Below are positions 37,845 to 46,483 of a stretch of DNA of 64,000 bases, in pieces. The stretch lies in the IMG/VR virus record IMGVR_UViG_3300032030_000076, positions 3,038-67,037 of that record. The stretch is one strand, 5' to 3'. The translations under genes and the position numbers were made by a program. The notes beneath the pieces are model-generated. The model was not told where the DNA came from. It did not search any database and was given only the letters and a program-made list of their open reading frames with translations. Source of the DNA: a virus. Its lineage: Duplodnaviria > Caudoviricetes. Position 1 is the first letter of the stretch; each line of letters begins with the position of its first letter.

Positions 37845-38098
37845 ACCAACTCAACCAACTCGCGACCCGCCTGCGCCTAAACGCCGCCAGCATGGAACAC
37901 GGCGAGGCCGAGCACGACATCCGCGCCGCCGCTGATATCCTCGACTCGTTCGCCGACGTAGGAGAGATAGAGTTCACGGAGAACCGCTACTCTCCGTTCC
38001 GCGATATGGCAAGCAAGTGCCTAGTCTCGCCGCGCCGCATCGCGCAGGCGTTCAGCAGGGCGTACCTGCGCGTGGCGGAAAGGATGGAGAAGTCATGA
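37841..38098 (+). CDS. Hypothetical protein (85 aa)
   Basis: AAAGGAG RBS, ATGA overlaps. Confidence 0.6.
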   Translation: MNQLNQLATRLRLNAASMEHGEAEHDIRAAADILDSFADVGEIEFTENRYSPFRDMASKCLVSPRRIAQAFSRAYLRVAERMEKS

Positions 38099-38463
38099 AG
38101 CGGTACAAAATGTCTTCGTTGAATGGCAAGAATGTACGTCTTCACCAGAAGGTCTGGATTCTTGCACATGGCGATATTCCAAAAGGATATGTCGTGCATC
38201 ACGTCAATTTTGACAAACAAGACAATCGAATCGAAAATCTCGTTCTGATGAAAGACGCAGACCATCGAGCATTGCATTCTTGCCGAAGGCATGGCGTTGA
38301 GTTTAGCGGACGGGCATTCACGCGGGAAGAGGCTCTTGCGAGAAAACGCGCAAAGAGCGCAATCTACCTTGCAAAGAACCGTGAACGAATTTATGCAAGG
38401 ATAAATGCCTATCGCCAGCGCAAGCGCGCAGAAGCAAAGGCGCAGAAGAAGGAGGTTTCATGA
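38095..38463 (+). CDS. HNH endonuclease (122 aa)
   Basis: LHQKVW...GDIPKGYVVHHVNFDKQDNRIENLVLM. Confidence 0.85.
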   Translation: MKRYKMSSLNGKNVRLHQKVWILAHGDIPKGYVVHHVNFDKQDNRIENLVLMKDADHRALHSCRRHGVEFSGRAFTREEALARKRAKSAIYLAKNRERIYARINAYRQRKRAEAKAQKKEVS

Positions 38464-41078
38464 AGAGAGAACTCACCTACGCAACGGTATGCAGCGGAAT
38501 AGAATGTTGCTCCGTCGCCTGCATCGGACTCCCGATGCGCCCGGTCTTCTTCAGCGAGATCGAGCCGTTCCCATGCGCCGTCCTCAAGGCGCACTACCCG
38601 AATGTCCCAAACCTCGGCGACATGAGCAAGATTCAAGTATCAGACGATGGGCTGCATATCACGAACGGCAGGGAGAGCATATCGCTCGACGAGCCGTTGG
38701 ACATCCTCGCTGGCGGCACTCCATGCTTCGTCGCGGGGACGATGGTTCTCACGCCGAGGGGATATGTCCCGATTGAGACGCTGAAGGTCGGGGACGAGGT
38801 GGTGTCTGGCACGGGCCACATCCGCAAGGTCGAGGCGGTCGGAAGCAAGATGGCGAAGGTTGGAACCCTGAAGGTTCTTGGCCGTCCCGAAATCGTCTGT
38901 ACACCGAACCATCCGTTCTTCTGCGTCGGCATGAAGCGCGACGACAGGCGCAAGTCCGAAACCTACGCGATGAAGATTCCAGTAGGCGACTACGCGGCGA
39001 CGCGAGCGGACGAGGCGGTCGGGAAGTACGTCGGGCGCATCAACCACATGAGAGGCACGGCGTTCTCGGTGTGCTACCCGAAGTGCGGCGGGGCGACCTG
39101 CGATGACATCATGGAACTCGCTGGATGGTATCTCGGAGACGGGTATATCCGGCGGTTCAAGGGCAAGACGAAGAAGAGTGTCGTGTTCGCCTTGTGCTGC
39201 GAGAAGAAGATCGCGCGGTTCAGGGAGCGGTTCGGCGGCATCGTGAACATCTGCGAAAGCGGCGAAGGCAAGTTGATCGTGAACTGTACGGCGCTTGCGG
39301 ATTGGCTCGTCGAGAACTTCGGGGAGCATTCCGCCGGGAAGCGCATCCCGTACTGGTGCTACGACCGCGAGAACACGCATTGCCTGTTGCGCGGCTACGA
39401 GGCAACGGACGGATGGCACAACAACAACGAGCGGAAGTTCTGCACGGTCTCGCCCGCGTTGGCCTACGGCATAGCGGATTTGATCGGGAACGCATCAATA
39501 TCCCTTCATGTCCCTCCGCCTAAAGGCCATATCCAAGGGCGCGAAATCAACCAAAGACCGTGCTATGTCGTAGCCGTCCCTGTCGGGCGGACAATCAGAA
39601 CCAAATTCATCAACGGACGCTATGCGTCGATAGTAAGGAGCTACAATGGAACAGATGGAACTGTTCGGCGAGTTTACAACATCACCGTCGCAGACGAACA
39701 CGACTACATCGTGTCCGGTCTGTGGACGCACAACTGTCAGGACGTGTCGGTCGCAGGAAAGCGAGCCGGGATGCAGGAAGGGAGCGGAACACGCTCCAGC
39801 CTCGCGTTCGACTTTGTGCGGCTTGCCCGCGAACTGCGACCCAGATGGGTGCTTTGGGAGAACGTGGCGGGAAGTATCGATTCCAAGAACGCCCCCGACT
39901 TTCTGCGTTTCGCCTCTGCGCTTGGGGACTGCGGGTATACTCTCGCGTGGCGCGTGCTGGACGCGCAGTATGTGCGAGTGGACAGCATGGAACGTGCCGT
40001 CCCGCAGAGACGGCGGCGTGTGTGGGTTGTCGGATGTCTTGGAGCCGATGAGTCCGTCCCTGCGCAAATACTTTTTGAGCCCGACTGCGTTGCGGGGCAT
40101 ACTCCGCCGCGCAGACGCGCGGGGCAAGGCTTTGCCTACTCTCTTGCGGGACGCGATAGAGTGGATGCTGGAATGGTGGGAAAGCCAGCCGCAAGAAGAG
40201 ACGGCGGATGCAGAGCATTCATCCCATACGGAACGAGACTCGGCGCAAGTCCAGAAGGGATAACGCAGCCGTTAACCCGCATAGACAGCAAGTTCCAGAA
40301 ATGTATCGCACTCGACGGCGACAAACTGAAGCCGCGCGAAGACCAGCGCAAGGGCGGCAACGGCTTCGGGATAAACGAGAAAGGCGCGGGCTACACCCTC
40401 ACGGGCGTGGACAGGCACGGCGTGGCGTATGAATCGCAAGTTTACGAGAACCACGCGCAGGACAGCCGCGTAAAGACGATAGAGGTCAGCGACACGCGCA
40501 ACCAGAAAGACGGCACGGGCGGGAACAACCTGCCGCTCGTCTGCTTCTCCAAGGTGTCACACCCTTCCGCGCCGAACGGCGAGGGCGAACGCTGGGACGA
40601 GCGCGAGGTGGCGCAGACGCGCAACACGTTCGACAACGGCGAGAAGCGCTGCCAGGAGGTCGTGGTCAGCATGGCGCAGAACACGCGAGACGAGGTGCGC
40701 ATCGTCGGCGGAGACGGGCAGATTGCAGGCGCGTTGCCAGCCGAGCCGGGGATGAAACAGCAGACCTACGTGGTAAGCACCGCCTACAAATTGGACTCCA
40801 CCGCGTCCAACTCCATGAAGAGCGCGAACCCGAACAGCGGCTTCCACGAGACGCATGTCGCGGCTTGCCTCGACACCACAACGCCAGACCCCACGAAAGC
40901 ACAGGGCGGCAACGTGATAATCAGCACCAACTCCAACGGCGAGGACGTCGCCGCCACCCTGACGCGCGACCTCGCCAAGCAGACCGGCGCGCAGCAACAG
41001 AACGGGGGGGGGTACATCCTCACCCGCCGCGAGGATTCTGCCTTGACCGATTCGGGCAGTACGGAGACAGGGAGATAG
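38460..41078 (+). CDS. C5-cytosine DNA methyltransferase, motifs I-VIII plus long variable region, intein-containing (872 aa precursor)
   Basis: CSGIE (I), GGTP-C (IV, split by the intein), WENV (VI), PQRRRRVWVVG (VIII); motifs IX-X are absent from this ORF. Confidence 0.92.
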   Translation: MKRELTYATVCSGIECCSVACIGLPMRPVFFSEIEPFPCAVLKAHYPNVPNLGDMSKIQVSDDGLHITNGRESISLDEPLDILAGGTPCFVAGTMVLTPRGYVPIETLKVGDEVVSGTGHIRKVEAVGSKMAKVGTLKVLGRPEIVCTPNHPFFCVGMKRDDRRKSETYAMKIPVGDYAATRADEAVGKYVGRINHMRGTAFSVCYPKCGGATCDDIMELAGWYLGDGYIRRFKGKTKKSVVFALCCEKKIARFRERFGGIVNICESGEGKLIVNCTALADWLVENFGEHSAGKRIPYWCYDRENTHCLLRGYEATDGWHNNNERKFCTVSPALAYGIADLIGNASISLHVPPPKGHIQGREINQRPCYVVAVPVGRTIRTKFINGRYASIVRSYNGTDGTVRRVYNITVADEHDYIVSGLWTHNCQDVSVAGKRAGMQEGSGTRSSLAFDFVRLARELRPRWVLWENVAGSIDSKNAPDFLRFASALGDCGYTLAWRVLDAQYVRVDSMERAVPQRRRRVWVVGCLGADESVPAQILFEPDCVAGHTPPRRRAGQGFAYSLAGRDRVDAGMVGKPAARRDGGCRAFIPYGTRLGASPEGITQPLTRIDSKFQKCIALDGDKLKPREDQRKGGNGFGINEKGAGYTLTGVDRHGVAYESQVYENHAQDSRVKTIEVSDTRNQKDGTGGNNLPLVCFSKVSHPSAPNGEGERWDEREVAQTRNTFDNGEKRCQEVVVSMAQNTRDEVRIVGGDGQIAGALPAEPGMKQQTYVVSTAYKLDSTASNSMKSANPNSGFHETHVAACLDTTTPDPTKAQGGNVIISTNSNGEDVAATLTRDLAKQTGAQQQNGGGYILTRREDSALTDSGSTETGR
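38724..39734 (+). mobile_element. Intein (337 aa) with LAGLIDADG-like endonuclease region
   Basis: N-terminal CFVAGT, block B TPNHPF, LAGWYLGDG and LLRGYEATDG, block F VYNITV, C-terminal THN followed by Cys. Confidence 0.93.
39646..40263 (+). CDS. Overlapping +1-frame ORF, M.EcoHK31I-beta-like MTase subunit (205 aa)
   Basis: TAAGGAG RBS 5 nt before ATG 39646; LSDVLE...KYFLSPTALRGILRRADARGKALP resembles beta subunits encoded inside C5 MTase genes. Confidence 0.75.
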   Translation: MEQMELFGEFTTSPSQTNTTTSCPVCGRTTVRTCRSQESEPGCRKGAEHAPASRSTLCGLPANCDPDGCFGRTWREVSIPRTPPTFCVSPLRLGTAGILSRGACWTRSMCEWTAWNVPSRRDGGVCGLSDVLEPMSPSLRKYFLSPTALRGILRRADARGKALPTLLRDAIEWMLEWWESQPQEETADAEHSSHTERDSAQVQKG

Positions 41079-41154
41079 CAAGCGCGATGAAAATGAGAGA
41101 CTACAAAGACCACACCGACCTCGTTGTCCACGAGAAGGAAGGAGCGGAAGGTGA

Positions 41155-41973
41155 ATGAGCGCCTACGGAATAAACCCAGCGGAGAGCGGAATGATGATAG
41201 GAACTAATCCGCCGACAGAGGAGTGCGGGCAGACCCTGCGCAAGTCGCCCGGTGGTGAGAATGGAGTCTTGCAGATGCAGAACCAAACTGACATTGAGAC
41301 AGCATACCGAATAAAGATAAACCTTCGCCCTGCCGTGTTGTGCAGTCATCGTTGCGAAGAGTGCAGATTCTGCACCTTTAGCGGCGACGAGGACGGCGGG
41401 GAATACGTTTGGTGCAGGCATCCGCACACGTTGTCGTTGCCCAACTTCTTCAACATCATGGAAGAGAACATGGTGTGCAACCTGTTTGAGCCATGTCCAG
41501 AAGTGCAGACCGTCGGCTTCAAGGCTGGGCAGTCCAAGGACGGCGGACTAGGAGACGAGCGCGAAGTCTCGCCAACACTCTCGCAGATGCGCTACATCGT
41601 CCGCCGCCTCACGCCCATCGAGGCTGAGCGGCTCATGGGGTTGCCGGACGGATGGACCATCCCCACGGGACTACGCCGCTACTTCGGCGCGGACGGAGAG
41701 CCGTCCCCCGAACTGGTGGACGAGTTCGTTGAGCGGTTCGACACCTTCAACGCCATCATGGCCGCATACGAGCACAAGGCCCCGCCGAAAGGCAAGTCGC
41801 GCAAGCAGGTCGCGGAATGGCTCAAGAAGATTTCGGACGCGGAGACTTGCCCGGACAGCCCACGTTACAAGGGGTGCGGAAATGGGCAAGCCACGAACCA
41901 GCCGAGGTGGATCGTGACGAGGCTTCTCGCCATTGGAGAAGGCATCGACCCGTTTACTGGAGAAGAACTATGA
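41155..41973 (+). CDS. C5 MTase C-terminal subunit carrying motifs IX and X (272 aa)
   Basis: YIVRRLTPIEAERLMGLPDGWT (IX) and DSPRYKGCGNG (X); AAGGAG-like RBS region and ATGA overlap. Confidence 0.88.
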   Translation: MSAYGINPAESGMMIGTNPPTEECGQTLRKSPGGENGVLQMQNQTDIETAYRIKINLRPAVLCSHRCEECRFCTFSGDEDGGEYVWCRHPHTLSLPNFFNIMEENMVCNLFEPCPEVQTVGFKAGQSKDGGLGDEREVSPTLSQMRYIVRRLTPIEAERLMGLPDGWTIPTGLRRYFGADGEPSPELVDEFVERFDTFNAIMAAYEHKAPPKGKSRKQVAEWLKKISDAETCPDSPRYKGCGNGQATNQPRWIVTRLLAIGEGIDPFTGEEL

Positions 41974-42506
41974 ACCATAAGGAAAACTTGATTGGCAGAA
42001 AGTTCTGCCGCCTGAACGTCATCGCTTATGCACCCGACTATGTGTCTCCGCGCGGCAGACATTGGCCCAACTGCCTTTGCCGTTGCGACTGCGGCAAGAT
42101 GCATACGGCGCGGGCCTGCTCGTTGAAGTCCGGATTGGTGAAGTCTTGCGGATGCTTGGCGCGTGAACAAGCCGCCGCACGGCAACGCAAGCACGGACTC
42201 GCGCACAAAGACCCGCTCTACACGGTTTGGAAGGGAATGCGGGAGCGTTGCACGAACCCACGGCAGAAGCATTGGCACCGCTACGGCGGTCGCGGAATCC
42301 GCGTCTGCGCGGAGTGGGACGATTTCATGGCGTTCCGCACATGGGCATTGGCGCACGGATGGCAACGCGGATTGCAGGTAGACCGCATAGACAACGACGG
42401 CGGCTACTCGCCCGATAACTGCCGCATCGTCACCTGCAAGGAAAACAACGACCATCGCAACTCTCCGCGAGACGCGAAGGGCAGATACATGAGAAAGGCA
42501 TCATAG
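41970..42506 (+). CDS. HNH homing endonuclease (178 aa)
   Basis: CRCDCG...KSCGC, WKGMRERC...YGGRGIRVC and QVDRIDNDGGYSPDNCR motifs. Confidence 0.88.
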   Translation: MNHKENLIGRKFCRLNVIAYAPDYVSPRGRHWPNCLCRCDCGKMHTARACSLKSGLVKSCGCLAREQAAARQRKHGLAHKDPLYTVWKGMRERCTNPRQKHWHRYGGRGIRVCAEWDDFMAFRTWALAHGWQRGLQVDRIDNDGGYSPDNCRIVTCKENNDHRNSPRDAKGRYMRKAS

Positions 42507-42508
42507 CC

Positions 42509-42922
42509 ATGCTCGTGAACATCGAGGGCGTCGCCAAGCCAGCAGACGCGAACGGCATCCGTGAAATCGTGCCATACGTCTACACCTCGCAGGACTCCCG
42601 CGAAACCCCGTCAGAGGTGCGCGACGCCAACCACGCGCGCGAAATCGTGCGCCGCCTGTGCATTCCAGAGTCCGTATTCGTGGACGCAGAACCCCCGCGT
42701 GGCGATGGCTACGACCCCATGTGGATAGTGCAGATTTCGGTTCTCGGAACGCGGCAGAAAATCACGCGCTACCGAACTGGCTACCACAAGTACGACGGAT
42801 GCCCGTTGGCGGCAATCGGCTACATGATGGACATTCACGCCGCAATCAGAAAAATCTTGAAGAACTCCCGCAAGGAGCTGGAGTCTGAAAGGAAACAAAA
42901 ACAGAAACAGGAGAACAACTGA
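42509..42922 (+). CDS. Hypothetical protein (137 aa)
   Basis: ORF track; in operon. Confidence 0.55.
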   Translation: MLVNIEGVAKPADANGIREIVPYVYTSQDSRETPSEVRDANHAREIVRRLCIPESVFVDAEPPRGDGYDPMWIVQISVLGTRQKITRYRTGYHKYDGCPLAAIGYMMDIHAAIRKILKNSRKELESERKQKQKQENN

Positions 42923-43302
42923 TGATTACACCAACGCAAATGTACTGGATAACAAGGCTGGACGGCATAAATGAAGTAGGTATCTTTATGATAATTTTAG
43001 CATCTACTGCGTTGCTTGTCGGGCCTATTATCATGGAGCTTTTCGATGACCTCATAGATGAAAAAAAATTATCGCTACATTTCAGGTCAATCTTCAAATG
43101 GGCATTGCCGACATTTTTATTCGGACTTGCCATTGTCACGTTCGTTCCGTCCACAAAGCAAATGGCGGCTATCCTTCTCATACCTAGCATCGTCAACAAC
43201 GAGAAGATTCAGCAGACTGGCAATAAGCTCTACGAACTTGCTTCCGAATGGATGGATGAACTTAGGCCAAACGCGGCGAAAAATAAGGAGAACGAGAAAT
43301 GA
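42922..43302 (+). CDS. Membrane protein (126 aa)
   Basis: Two to three hydrophobic segments; low GC. Confidence 0.65.
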   Translation: MITPTQMYWITRLDGINEVGIFMIILASTALLVGPIIMELFDDLIDEKKLSLHFRSIFKWALPTFLFGLAIVTFVPSTKQMAAILLIPSIVNNEKIQQTGNKLYELASEWMDELRPNAAKNKENEK

Positions 43303-43661
43303 GTAGTATTCGCGAAAGCGGTACAAGCCCGATGTTAAACTTCGCGTATATCGTGAACGAGATGCGCGAGGCCGTCAAGAACAAGATGTCGGCAGACCAC
43401 GAGATGTCAGCCGACGAACGCGCCGTCGAGAAGTTCTGCAAGGACATGATCGCAGATTGGGCAAGATGCCTTGCGCGGCAGTACATAGAGATTGGAAAAT
43501 CCGTAATATCCTTCTGCAACGCATTCACGCTTGTCTATACGCCGAACGACAAGGACTGTCCCGCGTTGCTTGCTGGCGCGTTCGAGGAGTTCAAGGAGGT
43601 GATGGGCATTGAGACTGTCAAATGCGAAGAAGAGGAGGCGCGCGATGAGCCGCAAGCCTAG
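43299..43661 (+). CDS. Hypothetical protein (120 aa)
   Basis: TAAGGAG RBS, ATGA overlap. Confidence 0.6.
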   Translation: MSSIRESGTSPMLNFAYIVNEMREAVKNKMSADHEMSADERAVEKFCKDMIADWARCLARQYIEIGKSVISFCNAFTLVYTPNDKDCPALLAGAFEEFKEVMGIETVKCEEEEARDEPQA

Positions 43662-43863
43662 GCCATGCTCCGCATGCCCCCTCCGCTCCGCGAACGGCTG
43701 GTGCGCCCACCTCGCCACAACCCGCCCGCCGAACGCGCCTTCTTGCGAGTGGGGTAGGAAGAAGATGGACAGCGCGTATGCCGCCGAGTACAACCGCCGC
43801 AAGTGCGGGTGGAAGAGGCGCGAAACGAAACCGGAGCAGGGGCAGGAGGAGGAAGAAATATGA
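43645..43863 (+). CDS. Cys-containing hypothetical protein (72 aa)
   Basis: GAGGAGG RBS; CSACP...C...C. Confidence 0.5.
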   Translation: MSRKPRPCSACPLRSANGWCAHLATTRPPNAPSCEWGRKKMDSAYAAEYNRRKCGWKRRETKPEQGQEEEEI

Positions 43864-44066
43864 CCACATTCATCGTAACATTCTGTTTTCCAGGGTCTAC
43901 ATTGTTCGGCACATGCACGTGGTCTATGCGTGTCGTCGCTATCAGCGCGGAGGATGCCGTTAAAGCCTGCGTCGCCGCACATCCGAATTGCGCTGTGACG
44001 TCGGTTGATGTGTGCGGCGACGTTTGTACATGCTCAATCGCAAGTAGTGATGGAGACAAGGAATGA
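43860..44066 (+). CDS. Hypothetical protein (68 aa)
   Basis: GGAGG RBS, ATGA overlap. Confidence 0.5.
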   Translation: MTTFIVTFCFPGSTLFGTCTWSMRVVAISAEDAVKACVAAHPNCAVTSVDVCGDVCTCSIASSDGDKE

Positions 44067-44383
44067 CCGTGCAATACGAATTGCCTGACGATCCGCATCT
44101 GCGCTCGTTGCGCAACTGGTTCAACGAACAGCTCAACAAACGGCTGGATGAGTTCTACGCCAAACGGGTAAAGAAGGTCGAGGCCGATATTCTTGCGTGG
44201 ATCAAACGCAACCCAATCTGCTACGTGAACCCATGCGAGGCGATTCTTGACGGCATCTGCGGCGTTATGACGCCTGCGATATATCCGCATGGCAATGTGT
44301 TTGCAGAACGATACGACGTGTCGGAGTTCTTTCTCGGATTTCCCCGCGCCCTGCCGACCGAGCTGAAAGGAGTCGCAGTATGA
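44063..44383 (+). CDS. Hypothetical protein (106 aa)
   Basis: ATGA overlaps; ends PTELKGVAV. Confidence 0.6.
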   Translation: MTVQYELPDDPHLRSLRNWFNEQLNKRLDEFYAKRVKKVEADILAWIKRNPICYVNPCEAILDGICGVMTPAIYPHGNVFAERYDVSEFFLGFPRALPTELKGVAV

Positions 44384-44697
44384 ACGCAATCCAGATTGCA
44401 ATTGTCGTCATTGGCCTTGTATTAGCATATATCGCCGGGCTATCCATTGGGAAGTTTACAAACTTAAAGTGCATATCGTGTCTGGCTGGACGTAATTGGG
44501 CTTACTTGGAAAGTTTCGCCCTTTCCGTTTCGACTTGCGCAATGGCCGTCGCATTGCATCACAATGCTGGAAACGACAAGCCGATGGACGAGTTCACGAA
44601 AATACTTGCGCTCCTGTCGCTACGCAAGATTTCAGCCGTGGAGGCGACACATAGGCTTCGGAATTTTGAAAAGAAGATGAAAGGAGTTGCCTTATGA
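44380..44697 (+). CDS. Membrane hypothetical protein (105 aa)
   Basis: N-terminal TM segment; AAAGGAG RBS. Confidence 0.6.
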   Translation: MNAIQIAIVVIGLVLAYIAGLSIGKFTNLKCISCLAGRNWAYLESFALSVSTCAMAVALHHNAGNDKPMDEFTKILALLSLRKISAVEATHRLRNFEKKMKGVAL

Positions 44698-44855
44698 CTG
44701 CCATCCAAGTAGAAGGAATCGCGTTCTTATCTATCTTTTGGCTGTATTGGGCAGAAGGCGTTGAGCCTATCTCGCTTGACAGCGTTTCGTGCCTTGGCAA
44801 CATCGCGCTTCCTTCCGTCATGCCGCCGACCGAGATGAAAGGAATCGCCGTGTGA
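44694..44855 (+). CDS. Small hypothetical protein (53 aa)
   Basis: AAAGGAG RBS, ATGA overlap; ends PTEMKGIAV, abutting the integrase stop. Confidence 0.5.
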   Translation: MTAIQVEGIAFLSIFWLYWAEGVEPISLDSVSCLGNIALPSVMPPTEMKGIAV

Positions 44856-46052
44856 TTATTCTGTCGGCATGATCGCGAAGTACGCTTCGCCATCTGCCTT
44901 GCTCGCAAGCCCGCAGTAGTTGTCGGCCCTCATCTTTTCGCTCGTACCTACCATCGCCGTCGTCTTCGCAGGATCGCCGTACGCCGCGACGTGGTACGTG
45001 ATGAACGTATGCCTCCCGCAGTTCTGGAACACGGGAATCCCTTTCAGCCTCGCGGCGTGGTAGATTTCCTTCTGCGTGTCATTCGATATGTCTTCAAGAG
45101 CCTTGTGGAAGTCGAACGACTTCATCCAGGCAAGCGCCGTCGGATGTATGTGAAACGCCCTCGGCCTCTTGCCCTGCTGGAATCCCTTCGCCTTCGCGAT
45201 CCTGATCGTCGCGCCGTCGAGGTCGATCTTCGCGGCGTCGGGATCGGATGCCATTCGCAAGATCTCGACCGCACGGCATCCGCAAAAGAACGATACGATT
45301 GCGTATGCGAGCAGTTCCGGCCTGTCGGCCTTGTGGGCTTCGAGCAGACGGAACAGCTTCTCGACGTCATCCGGCTTCATGTAGTCTGGCTCCTCCCACG
45401 GCTCAGGCTTGAACTTCATCGAGCGAATTGGATTCTTTGCGAGATATTCGCGCTCTTCCTTGCAGCACCAGTTTAGGAACGTCTTGATGTAGAGAAGGTG
45501 CGAGTTGTACGTCTTTGGCTTCTTGTCTGCGTAACCGGCGTCAAGGTAGTCTGCAATCTCCTTAGCGCTGATCGACGCGAGCGTCCTGTCGCCGAGCGAC
45601 CTTGCCCACTTCCCCGTGGTTGCGTTAGTCTTGTCCTTGTCGGCGCCTTCGTTCTTTGCGTCGTAGTATTCCTCGTATGCCTCTGCTACCTTCTTGTCTC
45701 CTTCTGATGAAGGCCGACGCTCTTCTTTCGCCTTGACGTAAGCGTTAGCAACGTCATAGAGCGTGACGCTGATTCCTGCCGACGCGAGCAGGTCAAGCGC
45801 GTTCTTCGCGTCAAGCGCCTGCAACGCGTTGAGTCTGACTGCCGCGTCGCCTCCCGCGCTGTGACGCTGGTAGAAGTCGCGGATTGCCGCCATCATGTCA
45901 TCCTTCGTTTTTCTGGAAATCCGAACGGGCTTCCGTTCAAACGGGTCGATTCCAAAATATGCCTCGTAGTCGCGATGCAACTTCCCGAATCGTTGCTTCC
46001 TGATTCTGACTTTGATGTTTTCCTCGACCGTGCTCTTTGGTAGGTATGCCAT
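44856..46052 (-). CDS. int: Tyrosine recombinase / phage integrase (398 aa)
   Basis: FCGCRAVEI (R), AKAK (K), GRHTF (RH) and C-terminal NY catalytic Tyr region. Confidence 0.9.
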   Translation of the reverse strand: MAYLPKSTVEENIKVRIRKQRFGKLHRDYEAYFGIDPFERKPVRISRKTKDDMMAAIRDFYQRHSAGGDAAVRLNALQALDAKNALDLLASAGISVTLYDVANAYVKAKEERRPSSEGDKKVAEAYEEYYDAKNEGADKDKTNATTGKWARSLGDRTLASISAKEIADYLDAGYADKKPKTYNSHLLYIKTFLNWCCKEEREYLAKNPIRSMKFKPEPWEEPDYMKPDDVEKLFRLLEAHKADRPELLAYAIVSFFCGCRAVEILRMASDPDAAKIDLDGATIRIAKAKGFQQGKRPRAFHIHPTALAWMKSFDFHKALEDISNDTQKEIYHAARLKGIPVFQNCGRHTFITYHVAAYGDPAKTTAMVGTSEKMRADNYCGLASKADGEAYFAIMPTE

Positions 46053-46147
46053 TTCGTCACCTTGCTTTCCGTTTTTTTTGATTGCGAATCATTTGCGAAA
46101 ACATTTTTATCGTCCACTTTGACGATGCCTAAAAAATGAACGAGGCT

Positions 46148-46176
46148 ATTATAACATAAGGGCGAAATGAATGCAA
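46148..46176 (-). promoter_or_regulatory. Integrase promoter candidate
   Basis: Minus strand TTGCAT-17 bp-TATAAT with extended -10 TG. Confidence 0.6.
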
Positions 46177-46392
46177 CCCCTAGCAGGTTAAAAATTGGGA
46201 TTATATCAAAAAAGCATTTATGACGCAATAGTGAAGAAACGGCTTATAATTTTACATTTTGTTTATATTATAACAGGTCGTGATGTTTTTGAAATGAAAA
46301 ACGCATTGACAGTTGATAAGATTTTTTGACATGAAAAAGCGTTTTTTCTTGTGAATTTTTTGCGAAAGATTCGGCGATGCGGACGCACGACG

Positions 46393-46430
46393 CAAAGAAA
46401 AATCCCCTGACGAAGCGGCAACTTCGTCAG
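46393..46430 (-). terminator. Terminator after the late operon
   Basis: Perfect 9-bp stem CTGACGAAG/CTTCGTCAG followed on the minus strand by GGGATTTTTCTTT. Confidence 0.6.
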
Positions 46431-46483
46431 AGTTTCGGAGATGAATCCCCGAGTGTCTTGAAAAGACAGCAAGGCATTGTACA

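Noticed and set aside
46060-46480. attP core next to the integrase
   Set aside because: AT-rich with short repeats (ATGAAAAA-GC twice), but no tRNA-like or otherwise identifiable core without the host sequence.
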